Below are positions 53,016 through 63,726 of a stretch of 64,000 nt of DNA, in pieces. Origin of the DNA: Blastocystis sp. Blastoise (Eukaryota > Protista > Bigyra: Opalinata). Made by a program: the position numbers and the translations under genes. The notes under the pieces were generated by a model. That model was not told the DNA's origin, searched no databases, and saw only the letters and a list, made by a program, of their open reading frames with translations. Each line of letters opens with the position of its first letter. The first letter of the stretch is position 1. The stretch spans positions 688,297 through 752,296 of the forward strand of contig JBBPEB010000024.1 of NCBI GenBank assembly GCA_039096225.1, in the 5' to 3' direction.

Positions 53016-56000
53016 AAGTGTTAGCCAATTAAAGTAACCATTTGTACCAGAGAGAACGGTACACAAACAGAAAAAGAACATAAAAAATTAAAATAAATTT
53101 AAAATATCATTTAATAACATTTGTTCATTTTGTTTTGTTTAAGTATGTTTTACCGCGGGGATATCACAACACATGTATTTCATATGCACCTTAAAATAAC
53201 CAATAGGACTCTCTGAATGGGATTTGTGTACTGATACCAGATCTAGTAACACAATTTTTACACCTCCCAAGCATTTCTGGGATATAGCTGATGTATAGGT
53301 ACAATATACCTTTCATATCACGACTATATATATAATTTAATTAATTTAATTCATATTGAAGGTTAATAAGTAATAGAATAATTTTTTAAGTAATAATTTT
53401 AAGATAAGAGTTTAATAAATAGTAAATAAGAGAAAAAGAGAAAATTCAATCTATAAATATATAGATATTCAAAAAAGAGCTGATTATAAATAAAATCAGT
53501 ATAAATAAGTTTTAATTAAATAAAATTAGAATAAGATATAAAGAAACAATTTCAATAAAAAGATATATATATAAAATAGTAAATTATAAAATAAAATAAA
53601 TATAATATATCCAATATAATATATAGAGGATAGGGAGTAGATATATATAGTAAGTATAATATAAAGTAGAATTATTAATATAATATCCATTGTAATATGT
53701 AGAGGATAAGTAGTAGATAAATTTCATCAATATAGTATAAGTAGTAGTAGTATATTCAATATAGTATATGGAGGATGAATAGAAGTATTATAGAGGATAA
53801 TTAGTAGTATATATTATTCCATATAGTAATATATATTATTCCATATTTCGTTGAGTTAATTCAATATGAGAAGCAGAAGAATGTAGTCTAGAAATATTTT
53901 TTGTAATTAGTCTAGAATCAGGAAGAGATAGTCTCCAATATTTATAAGCCCATTCTAAGACTATATCATTAATTTTTGATATTAAAAAGTATAAGTATCT
54001 TCCTTTGAGTTTTGAGACTTGAGATATATTATGAATAGTAGATTCAGGAATTGTCCCAGAGGCACCAAGAATAACAGTATAGTAGGAGATTTGTTTATTA
54101 GGGAAATCATGTTGTAATTTTTGTATAGCTTCATAATATGAATGATCTTTAGTATGTTTCATTTCTAAGAGAGTATCACGAGTTCCATCTACTTGTTCAT
54201 AAGTAACACCAATTTCTACCATTCTTATTTCTTTCTCACTTGTAATTATAATATCAGGACGACGATTAGCCCATTGTTCTTTATTCTTACCATCATATAG
54301 AATAGTATTCATTGATTTTTCTTGATTGACTTTAAAAATAGTATAAGGAAGAGTTTTTGCCAAAGATCTAGCTAAACATTCTCGTATTTCATTATGTCTT
54401 TTGCTAATCAGATCGTGTCCATTTTCATTTCTAGAAATTCTAGCACAAGTAGTCATGATGTGGGTTTGACTATGTATTCTTGATTCATTTTTAGTTTTCA
54501 AACAATAAGGACATAAAGCGACAGTATCCTGTAGAGTAGGTTTCTTTCCTTTTGGATTTTGTCTTCTATAAGCCATCTCACCAGTATATAGGGTTCTCAT
54601 TCGAAGATTCAATAAGGCACAGTATTTTGAAGGATTAATATGTTTTGTTTTGTATATCCATTTATTACACGATATATTATTATTTAAGTATTTAGTATAT
54701 TGCAAATAGGAGTATTCTTTCAGCATAGAAGCATGTCTTATTTTCAAAGATTCATTTAATAATTTGCACATTTTACGTTTCACATCTTTCGCTTCTATAA
54801 ATTTCGATATACTATTATCAGTACTTCTTATTCTTATTCCAGCTCCATTTTTCGGATTATTTTCATAGTAACATATGTCCATGTTTAACGCAACTATAGC
54901 ATCAATAGCTTTTCTTATATAAGGGAAGGGATGGTTCAGTGTTGTAAAGTCTATATCTAAAGGAATAACAGTATCATTTTCTTTCTTTGCTTTTAAGGGT
55001 TTGCTAATATTGTTGATAGATAGATTAAAGAATACCAAATCTTTCTTTCTATTTTCAGGGATTCCAGTAGGAATGTGGCCTCTCATATAGTTTATTGGAT
55101 CATTAATCACGTATAGAGAATTTTGTAGAGTAGTATATCTAAGAGCATAATATAAAGTATTTCTAATATTTATATCATTTGAATTAGCTATTCTTACCAG
55201 TAGAGAAGCTTTACCAATATAATACCTATCTAACAACGAAGTAACACCAAGTCCACCATCTCGTATTGAAGTGCTATAAAAGTCTTTAGGCCAGACAGAA
55301 GAACATCCATTCCAATTCTTAACATTATTTCTTATTAGTACATCCAGTTCTTTTATTTTAAGTATATTAGTATCACCATTTCTAGCCAAGAATTCAATAC
55401 AAGGAATAATATATTGACGAAGAGTTATTAATTTTTGATGAGGACTAATAGGAATTGTGTTCAATGAATTTATTTTTTCTTTGATTTCATCTAACGTATT
55501 CACCCAGAATTCTCTTCGTTTAGTAATTGATTCACCCATAGGACATCCTAAATATCTTTGAATTTCAGTATCTTTAAGTAGAGTAATCACTTCATTATTA
55601 TAAGTAGGAGGAGGAGGAGTATAAGTAAGTTTTCTATTTCCATCATTGGAGTATTTCATCGCTAAACACTTACATTTATTAACCGATAGTTTCATATGAT
55701 ATATATTAAGTATTTCTTTTACCTTTCCTAAAAGAACTTCCGTATCTTCTTTATTGTTAGCTAGCAGGACGATATCATCTGCATAAGCATAAGCATTACT
55801 TTCTGATATAACAATAGGATTATTAGGAGTAGTGTTATCTTTAATATTCATCATCATTGCTTGATTATTGTTCAGGTAATTCAATAAAGGATTAAGTATG
55901 ATATTGAATAGAAGAGGAGATAGGGGATCACCTTGTCTTATTCCACGCTTTAAGTATATAGGATCCGTATATGAATTTTTGGTTAATCTTATAACAGTAT

Positions 56001-57945
56001 TAGCAGAAGAGTATAAGGATAGAATAATATTTCTGAAGTCTATAGGGAAGTTCATATATTGAAGAATTTGATGCATTAATCTTTGAGGTACCGTATCATA
56101 AGCCTTCTCCAAGTCAAGGAAAGTAAAATAGGCAGCAGTTTTAGCTCTTCTAGATAGTTTAAAGTTAGCTATGTAGTTTTGTAGTATGAAATTAAGTTCT
56201 TCACAACCAGGTATTCCAGATATAAATCCTTTTTGATATTTTGACATAAAGTTTTGTTTATTGTTTAGTTCATTCATGTAAGTAACCATTATAGAAGAAA
56301 GTATTTTTGATTCAGTATTTTGTAAAGCCAAAGGTCTCCAGTTTCCTAAGCTACTAGGATCCGATTTATTTTTGTCTAGTAGGCAAGTGATAGAGGAACT
56401 CCAAGATTTTAGAGTAATACCATTCGAACGACATATTTCTAATATATAAGCCAATAGAGAACAAGCAGAAGAGGAGTATTTGTATACTTCATAAGGGAGA
56501 CCATTAGGACCAGGAGTACTGTTATTTGGTAAAAATTTTAATGCGTGTTTAATTCTTTCATAGGTTATCTTATTAAGGGCAGGAGGATTTAGTAATTGTT
56601 TAGTATTTGATTTTATAATATCTGGAAGTAATATATTATCTAAAGTTTCTTGTGAATCATATAGTTTCGTAAATTGTTCTTGTAAATCCTTAGAAGGTAT
56701 TTCACAATATCTAGGAGTAGTTTTAGAGAATACTTTACTTCTTAAGAAAGCTTTAGTATTCTTATCAAATTCAGATTGTATTTTCTTAGCATCATTAATA
56801 GAAGTAATTCTTATTTTAGCTTCTTTGAGTTGGTTAATATTCCATAAGCATGATTCTATCTCATTCATAATAAGATTTAATATCTCTTTCCATTGTTCTA
56901 GAGTAAGTAGAGAAGTATTATTGTTTTCATTATCTTTCTGTAAGATATTTAATATATTTATTTTTAATTCTTCATCTTCATCAAAGAGTGTAATAGATTG
57001 TAGTTTATTTTTCCAATTAAGGATAGACTCAGAAAGAGTAGAAGAGATAGTATAGGATTCAGTTTCAGGAATATTAGGTATTATAGTGTGATTCAAATCG
57101 TATTTTAGAGTATCTAGATTACTTTTAAGATTATTATAGTATTTCTTTAAAGCTTCAATTTCATTATCCGTAGATTTTCTGAAAGGATTATTATCAAAGA
57201 AATCATCATTCGTTTGTTTGAAATTATTATTCATATGTATAGTGTTCGTATTATTAGTAGGAGTAGTAGTAGTAGGAGGAGGAGAGGTAGTAGAAGTAGT
57301 AACATTAGTAGAGGGAGTAGTACCATTTATAGTAGTAGATCGATTAGTAGTAGTAGTATTATTGTTATTAGTAGAAGGACTTAAATCCATATAGTTCTTA
57401 TATTTATTATTCTTTTTATATTTATTTTTATTACTATAATTGTTTATAGGATGATTATAATTATTATTTCTTCTATTATATCTATGTTGATTATAATCAT
57501 GATTATTTCCAGGAATATTTTGAGTATCATATCGATTTTGAGTATTCCCGTGATTATTTTGAGAAATATCATGCGTATCCATATCATCCATATTATTAGT
57601 AGTATTCTGAAGATTATTAGGAGTAGAATCAATATGACTTCGATTTTGACCATAACCGCGATTATTTTGAGAAATCATTACTATATATATGAGAATAGGC
57701 AAAAAAATTCCCATTGGTCAGTTTTTGGAGAATGCATTTGATTGGCTACTATATACTATAGTTTGTCGCCGCAACTCCTCTAAACTTACGGGGAATTAAC
57801 TTTTGAGTGAAACACAGTTTAATAGGATATAACGTGTAGTTGTGCACCGTATATTTAGTTAAGCGATATTATTTATAATTAAAAAGTTATTAATAAAAGA
57901 ACAGAAAACATGATTTTTGAGTCGTTTTTGATTGGCTCTTTGGGG
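53016..57945 (-). mobile_element. Non-LTR retrotransposon of the RLE (R2/R4/NeSL-type) group; boundaries approximate
   Basis: Single long RT-RLE ORF. AT-rich repetitive and hairpin-rich 3' region ending at a tRNA fragment. 5' limit uncertain. Confidence 0.7.
53836..57714 (-). CDS. Reverse transcriptase + CCHC zinc knuckle + restriction-like endonuclease polyprotein
   Basis: RT motifs STPGPNGL, NWRPLAL, QKGF, FLDLEKAYDTV, GIRQGDPLSPLLFN, YAYADD, RYLG, GGLG. Knuckle CPYC..THIMTTC. Endonuclease RHNEI and RPDIII..EIGVT..K. Uninterrupted 1292 aa. Confidence 0.95.
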   Translation of the reverse strand: MGIFLPILIYIVMISQNNRGYGQNRSHIDSTPNNLQNTTNNMDDMDTHDISQNNHGNTQNRYDTQNIPGNNHDYNQHRYNRRNNNYNHPINNYSNKNKYKKNNKYKNYMDLSPSTNNNNTTTTNRSTTINGTTPSTNVTTSTTSPPPTTTTPTNNTNTIHMNNNFKQTNDDFFDNNPFRKSTDNEIEALKKYYNNLKSNLDTLKYDLNHTIIPNIPETESYTISSTLSESILNWKNKLQSITLFDEDEELKINILNILQKDNENNNTSLLTLEQWKEILNLIMNEIESCLWNINQLKEAKIRITSINDAKKIQSEFDKNTKAFLRSKVFSKTTPRYCEIPSKDLQEQFTKLYDSQETLDNILLPDIIKSNTKQLLNPPALNKITYERIKHALKFLPNNSTPGPNGLPYEVYKYSSSACSLLAYILEICRSNGITLKSWSSSITCLLDKNKSDPSSLGNWRPLALQNTESKILSSIMVTYMNELNNKQNFMSKYQKGFISGIPGCEELNFILQNYIANFKLSRRAKTAAYFTFLDLEKAYDTVPQRLMHQILQYMNFPIDFRNIILSLYSSANTVIRLTKNSYTDPIYLKRGIRQGDPLSPLLFNIILNPLLNYLNNNQAMMMNIKDNTTPNNPIVISESNAYAYADDIVLLANNKEDTEVLLGKVKEILNIYHMKLSVNKCKCLAMKYSNDGNRKLTYTPPPPTYNNEVITLLKDTEIQRYLGCPMGESITKRREFWVNTLDEIKEKINSLNTIPISPHQKLITLRQYIIPCIEFLARNGDTNILKIKELDVLIRNNVKNWNGCSSVWPKDFYSTSIRDGGLGVTSLLDRYYIGKASLLVRIANSNDINIRNTLYYALRYTTLQNSLYVINDPINYMRGHIPTGIPENRKKDLVFFNLSINNISKPLKAKKENDTVIPLDIDFTTLNHPFPYIRKAIDAIVALNMDICYYENNPKNGAGIRIRSTDNSISKFIEAKDVKRKMCKLLNESLKIRHASMLKEYSYLQYTKYLNNNISCNKWIYKTKHINPSKYCALLNLRMRTLYTGEMAYRRQNPKGKKPTLQDTVALCPYCLKTKNESRIHSQTHIMTTCARISRNENGHDLISKRHNEIRECLARSLAKTLPYTIFKVNQEKSMNTILYDGKNKEQWANRRPDIIITSEKEIRMVEIGVTYEQVDGTRDTLLEMKHTKDHSYYEAIQKLQHDFPNKQISYYTVILGASGTIPESTIHNISQVSKLKGRYLYFLISKINDIVLEWAYKYWRLSLPDSRLITKNISRLHSSASHIELTQRNME

Positions 57946-58269
57946 TGACCCCGATAAAAATTGTTGACCAGACAATTGGAAAATAAACATGGGGTAAACT
58001 TGATTTTTTCTCAATCCCACAATATACGTTATCCGTGTTTATTCTTTATATTTATCTACTTTTTAATACTTTTTCATATTGAACACGTGAGGCCATAACG
58101 GTCAAATTTAGATTCTCAATTTGACATCATATTCTGATTCAGGAGGTCAGAAAACCTAGGTGTACCAATTTTGAGCTCCTGAGGACGATTTTTGAGTGAT
58201 CGATATTTTCTTCGATCTTCTTATAATCGACTAATATTACAGCGTTGTAATCAATAGGTCATCAAACTA

Positions 58270-59600
58270 CTATAGTAGAAACAGAGTCTTAAAATAACAA
58301 GTTTGAGTGTCACAATTTTGAAAAATGTGAATTAAGTGGTCTTAGAGTGAGAGATTCAATATAATGACTTTTAATTAGTAAACTAGACTTATAACTCTAT
58401 ACTATGTTAAAAGAAGAGTCAAAATTATGAAGGTCAAAGTGTATGACCAAATGACAAAATGTGTCTTAAAAAGTAAAATGGTTTCTATATGTGTATAGAA
58501 TCATATATTAAGTCTATTTTATGAATAATAGCTTTAAATAAATAGTTTAAGGTTGTCAAATTTAAAAGAATGTATAAAACATAGTCTTAAACTATGAATA
58601 AAAAATTTAGAGATATTAATTAGTGTACAGCTGTAGTAGCTCTACAACATATCAAAAGTACAGTTAAAATAATTTTTAAAGAGTGGATGTGTGAAGGGTT
58701 GTGACTATTATTTAAAATTTATTTTTACTTCAGTTTGAGCAAAATTGTGAATTTCGTGCACTATAAAAAAATTGAGTCAGAATATCAACTCTAAGGGTCT
58801 TAAATTTAAAAAAACGTAAAAATGAGTGACTTAGAGGACGAGATTCAAAATAAGAGCTTTTATTCATTAAACTAGAGTGTATGACCTATATTATGTTAAA
58901 AGAAGGGACGAAAATATGTTGATCAAAGTGTATGACCAAATGGTAAAGTGTCTTTAAAAGTGTTATGATGATGACAGTTGTGTTTACATGTCTGAATCAA
59001 GTTTATTCTTAAAATATTAGCTTTAAATAGCAAGTTAAAGGTTGTCAATTTGTCAAAATGTTTTAAAGACTATCTTAAACAAAGAGATTCAAGAAGTTGA
59101 CTTTCATTTTATATATTATATGTCTATATAAACACTTTACTAAAAGAACTTTGGAAAATATTGTGGATGAGTGTTTTGTCAAATGGTAAAGTTGTATCAA
59201 GAGTGAATTGTTTCCATTCCTTTTTGTTTAAATCAATGTTTTATGTCCACTCTATAAAAACTATCTTTTAATACTGAGTTTAACGTTTTAAAGTCAACAT
59301 GTGTGTTTGGTTTGCTTACTTTTGAGAGTTGAAAATCAGTTTAAATTGATAAATTATGTCATAGACGTCTATATTAATTGATTCAAACAGTTTTGAGATG
59401 ACTTAGTTGTTTGAGTTAAAATGGATTTGTTCTCATTGTGACTGTTGTTGAGAAGAGGAAGTCTAAAAAAACTATAAACAGTTAGATATATGTATATAAT
59501 GTCAAAATTTAAAAGGTATAATCTAAAAGAGATAAAAATAAGTTTAAAAAAAGAGAAAATATATATATATATATAATATGTAAAAAATATTAAAGAAAAA
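58270..59600. repeat. Degenerate tandem repeat with ~244-bp monomer and 489-bp higher-order period
   Basis: GAGATTCAA at 58351, 58840 and 59084. CAAAGTGTATGACCAAATG at 58435 and 58924. TAGCTTTAAATA and AAGGTTGTCAA also recur 489 bp apart. Confidence 0.75.
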
Positions 59601-59610
59601 GAAAAATAAG

Positions 59611-59678
59611 ACTTCATGTCAGGAATTGAACCTGAAAACAATCTATAATGATTGTTTCTCTCCTTCTAGAGCATAAAG
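59611..59678 (-). ncRNA. tRNA-like cloverleaf, copy A (non-canonical)
   Basis: CTTTATG / CTCT-AGAAGG-AGAG / AA / ACAATC-ATTATA-GATTGT / TT / TCAGG-TTCAATT-CCTGA / CATGAAG-T, followed by T-runs. Confidence 0.6.
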
Positions 59679-59700
59679 GGAGTTTATAAATAATAATAAT

Positions 59701-59750
<50 letters not shown>

Positions 59751-59802
59751 ATATATATATATATATATATATAGATATAGATATATATATAGATATATAA
59801 TA

Positions 59803-60260
59803 AGGAGGAAGTAGGAAGTAGGAAGTAGGAAGGAAGAAGGAAGAAGGAAGAAGGAAGGATGAAGAAGTAAGAAGGAAGGATGAAGAAGAAGGAAGAAAGA
59901 AGGATGAGGAAGAAGGAAGTAGGAAGAAGAAGGAAGAAAGAAGGATGAGGAAGAAGGAAGTAGGAAGAATCAAGGATGGGGAAGAAGAAAGAAGGAAGAA
60001 GGAAGGAGGAAGAAGAATGAAGAACCAAGGTGAAGAAGAAGGGAGAAGTAAGAAGTAAGTACGAAGAATGAAGGAAGAATGATGAAGAAGGAAGAAGGAG
60101 GAAGAAGTAAAGAATGAAAAGAAAGAAGGCAGAAAGAAGAAGGAAGAAGGAAGAAGGAAGAAGGAAGAAGAAGGAAGGAAGAAGAAGTAAGTAGGAAAGA
60201 TGAGGAAGAAGGAAGAAGTAAGAAGGAAGAAGAACGAAGATAGAAAGAAGAAAAAAAAAA
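59803..60260. repeat. Purine-rich (GAAG/GGAAGAA/GGAAGTA) simple repeat
   Basis: Direct reading. Source of the spurious F/L/S ORFs. Confidence 0.9.
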
Positions 60261-60339
60261 ACTAAGAAGAATATTAAACCTATATACAATAAATAAACAT
60301 AATAAATAAATAAATAAATAAATAAATAATAAACAATAA

Positions 60340-60370
<31 letters not shown>

Positions 60371-61232
60371 ATTAATAAATAAATAAACATATAAAAAAGA
60401 ATAAATAAATAATAAATAAATAAATAAATAATAAAAAAAATGTAAACAATAAATAATAAAAATAATAAATAAAATATAAATATATACCTTTAAAATAACC
60501 TTGAACGACAGATTAAAGAAGGAAAATATTTAGCAACGAAGACCACAACACATCCATTGAAGTTTCTTTCCTATAGAATAAAAATTATTAATAATATATA
60601 GAATAAATTATATGTAAAGACTAAATAAATAATATTGATAATAAAAATAATAAATAATAAAAACGAATTAACAAAAAGAAAAACAGATCTTAAGAAATAA
60701 ATAATATATTTATATACCTGATCATAAATAAACCATTTTACACAGCCAAGACCACTTCAAGAACACTTCAACACCACAACCAAGGAAAATACAAAACAAT
60801 CCTATAGAAAAGTGTATTATTTTAAATAAATAAATATATACATACAAATATATATAAAAATAATAACTAAACAATATCAAATAAATAAATAAAACATACT
60901 CAGTCAATCAATATAATTAAATATTTAAAAAATGTAAAAAACTATGTTTTTTGGGTACCCTAAATGTTTTTAATAGAAAATGACCCAATTATTACTTTTA
61001 GAAATAAATCAATAAAAACTCAAGGGTTTTTTAATTTCTATTAAGTTTTAAGAAGCATATTTTTAAAATAGACCCTATTCTTTAAAAGTAGAAATATAAA
61101 CACAATTTTTATATTAAGAGAAAACACTTATTTTTTATAATTAAATTGATATCTAAGATGCCTCAGAAGGCATGATGCTATCAAGATTGAAGTGTGTAGA
61201 TGGAAAAATATACTTTTTTTCAAAAATTTCAG

Positions 61233-62330
61233 GTTCTTCTACTCAATAGGATCCAGTTGTGTATGTTCTTAGTCTTGGTGTTACTTGCTCTGATGGTCTT
61301 AAAGGTATATATTTTCCATTTTCTTTTTTTTTTTTAATTATTTATTATATTATTTTAGGTTCTTCTATGTTATTTGTATCATACGGAGGCTGTGATATTG
61401 CCTGTTATGCTAACTGTGAAGGTTCTTCTGTTGTTTTAAATGATGCTAATGGTTCTAATGATGTGATTGTAGGTTCTTCTTATTTTATTGAAGGTATGTT
61501 GCCAATCATTTAATTTATTTTTATATTTTATTATTATTTTATTATTATTTCTATATATATATATAGGTTCTTCAGTTGCTGTGCATGTTGACAGTGGTGT
61601 TGATGATAGATGTCTGTGTGGTGTTGAAGGTTCTTCTGATGCTTTCAATACTGCTGTTGATGTTGTTGGTGATCAGATAGACTGTTCCTATGGTATTAAA
61701 GGTATATATATATATTGTCATTCATTTATTATTATTTTTTTTTATTTATTATTTGTCTATTACTGTTTCTTTATAGGTTCTTTTATTGTTGTGTGTGTGG
61801 TTGCTGAAGGTGTTAATAATTAAGGTATGTCTTTTTTTAATTTAATTTAGTTTATTTTTATTTATTATTTATATATAGGTCCTTCTATTCTGATCGAGTC
61901 TTCTATTATAGGTAATGAAAGGTATATACTTATTTCTTCCTTTCTTTTTTTTTAATTTATTAATTATCTTATCATTATATATAGGTTCTTCAAGTCAGTT
62001 ATGATATGATACTTATTTTTCTGTTCCTTCTTTAGAAGGGATATATATTTTTATTGTTTATATATTTTTTATTATTTATTATATATAGGTGTCTTTTCTA
62101 ATAGGGGATCTTATCACCCTAATGTTGGCTTTTATTTTAATAATAAAAATATATCTAAAGGTATATATATATATATATATATAACAAATATTTATATTTC
62201 TTTTAATATATATATCTATATATTTTATCTATATAGTGATGGTGTAAATAGTTCTTTAATGCTGAAGGTATATATATATATATTTATCTTTTATTTCTAT
62301 AGGTTCTTCTAATTTGGTTGGCATACTTAA
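61233..62330 (+). pseudogene. Multi-exon unit of repeated GSS-starting exons with in-frame stops (pseudogene or spliced ncRNA)
   Basis: About 8 exons bounded mostly by AG|GTTCTT and AAG|GTAT. TAG at 61247 and TAA at 61821 in the GSS frame, and one GG donor near 62039. Confidence 0.45.
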
Positions 62331-62699
62331 CATATTATTTTATTTTTGTTTTGTTTTGTTTTGCTTTGTTTATTATTATTATTTTTTTTTTTTCACAGAT
62401 AATATCTTTCTATTATCTGCTTTCTTAGTATTATTTATTTATTTTTGTTTTGTTCGTTTTTTATAATTTTTATTGTGCTTAATATTAAGATAATTTTGAA
62501 ATTAGTTAATGTTATTAGTATGTGGTCCTTAATATTGTTTTAATTTATAATAACATTCATTTATCACCTAATCTGATATAGACTAGCGATATAATTACAT
62601 CAATGATTGAGTTATTATTAAGTTTTGTATTCTCCACTTTCATTTATATATTTAATTATGTGTAAAATTGTAAGCAATAAGAAATGTGAAAAAATAGGT

Positions 62700-63726
62700 T
62701 ATTAAATTAAGAGATTTAAAATTATAGAAATTGTTTAATATAGAACAATATGTACTCTACAACATATTAAAAAATAAGAGAATTTCATTTTTGACAAGTG
62801 AATTAACAATGCGTTTGAGTTGTTCAGAAATTTTAAAGAGTTAGTCTATTCTTTTAAAATTGTGTTTTTGTTATACTATGAAAATTTTGACTTTTAAAAA
62901 CAAGTTTAAAGGGATTACTTTTTTAAAATGTAGAAATGAATTATCCAAAGGACGAGATTCAATATAAAACATTTTATTTATCAAACTATTATTTATAGTC
63001 TGAATTATATTAAAAGGAGGGACAAAAATACTCTTGACAAAGTGTATGACCAAATGAAAAATGTTTATAAAGAGTGTCAAAATGGTAGCTAATGTATTGG
63101 CAGAGTTATGTCGAGCATAGCGTTAAAATATAAGCTTTTTAAATTAACTATAAGTGTGTTAACTTTTCAAAATGTATAAAAAAGGGTCTTTAGGTCAGAG
63201 ATTCAAGACATTCAACTATAAGTAATATATGACATAATGAGATCTATATTGTGTGAAAGTTATGTCTAAAACTATTTTGATACACTGGATATCAAAATGG
63301 TGAAGTCTCTTTACAAGCGATATTGCTGACACTTTTATGTATAGAAATGCTTTTTAGAGTGACATTATTAATATTAATTCTAAAATTATGTGTTTAAGTC
63401 GTTAAAGTGAAAATGAATGTTGACTTTGTTGTGTTAGATTCGTTTTAGTTTTATGAAATGGTTAAAGAAAGTGTAAACTACCTTATTATAATCTATTTAA
63501 AATGATTTTACATAATAATGACTTTCAATACTTAACATTGTGACCCATTTCTAAATTTATTAGCTTTAGAAACTCCATAATAATTAAAGCAGTAACTCAA
63601 CTATTTATAAATACAAAATATATTTTTAAAATAATAAATAACAAATATAATGATTCAAAAACGATTTCTTATTTTTTTAAGTATTGTTTTTAGTTTTTCA
63701 GATACTATTCAAAAAATTCAATTTAA
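62700..63726. repeat. Diverged direct copy of 58590-59610
   Basis: Anchors GAGATTCAA (62954, 63198) and CAAAGTGTATGACCAAATG (63038) are each offset 4114 bp from the first copy; CTCTACAACATAT is at a similar offset. Confidence 0.75.

Noticed and set aside
52992-53066. Complete tRNA with a UUA (ochre suppressor) anticodon, GGTTA-CTTTAAT-TGGCT
   Set aside because: The stem has three G-U pairs, and there is no D-arm and no 5' acceptor strand complementary to ATCAGGC.
53016-53070. HDV-like ribozyme just upstream of the tRNA fragment (GTTTGT..ACC-loop-GGT-ACAAAT-GG..GGCTAACAC, minus strand)
   Set aside because: P1 and P2 would have to overlap, P2 would be only 2-3 bp and L3 lacks the usual CC. 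A simple hairpin explains it.
57855-57870. U2 snRNA 5' end (ATCGCTT) suggesting a Utopia-type target
   Set aside because: Only 7 nt match, and no U2 sequence follows at either junction.
62871-63080. 69-aa ORF within the repeat as a conserved protein
   Set aside because: The homologous frame has a TAG in both other repeat copies.
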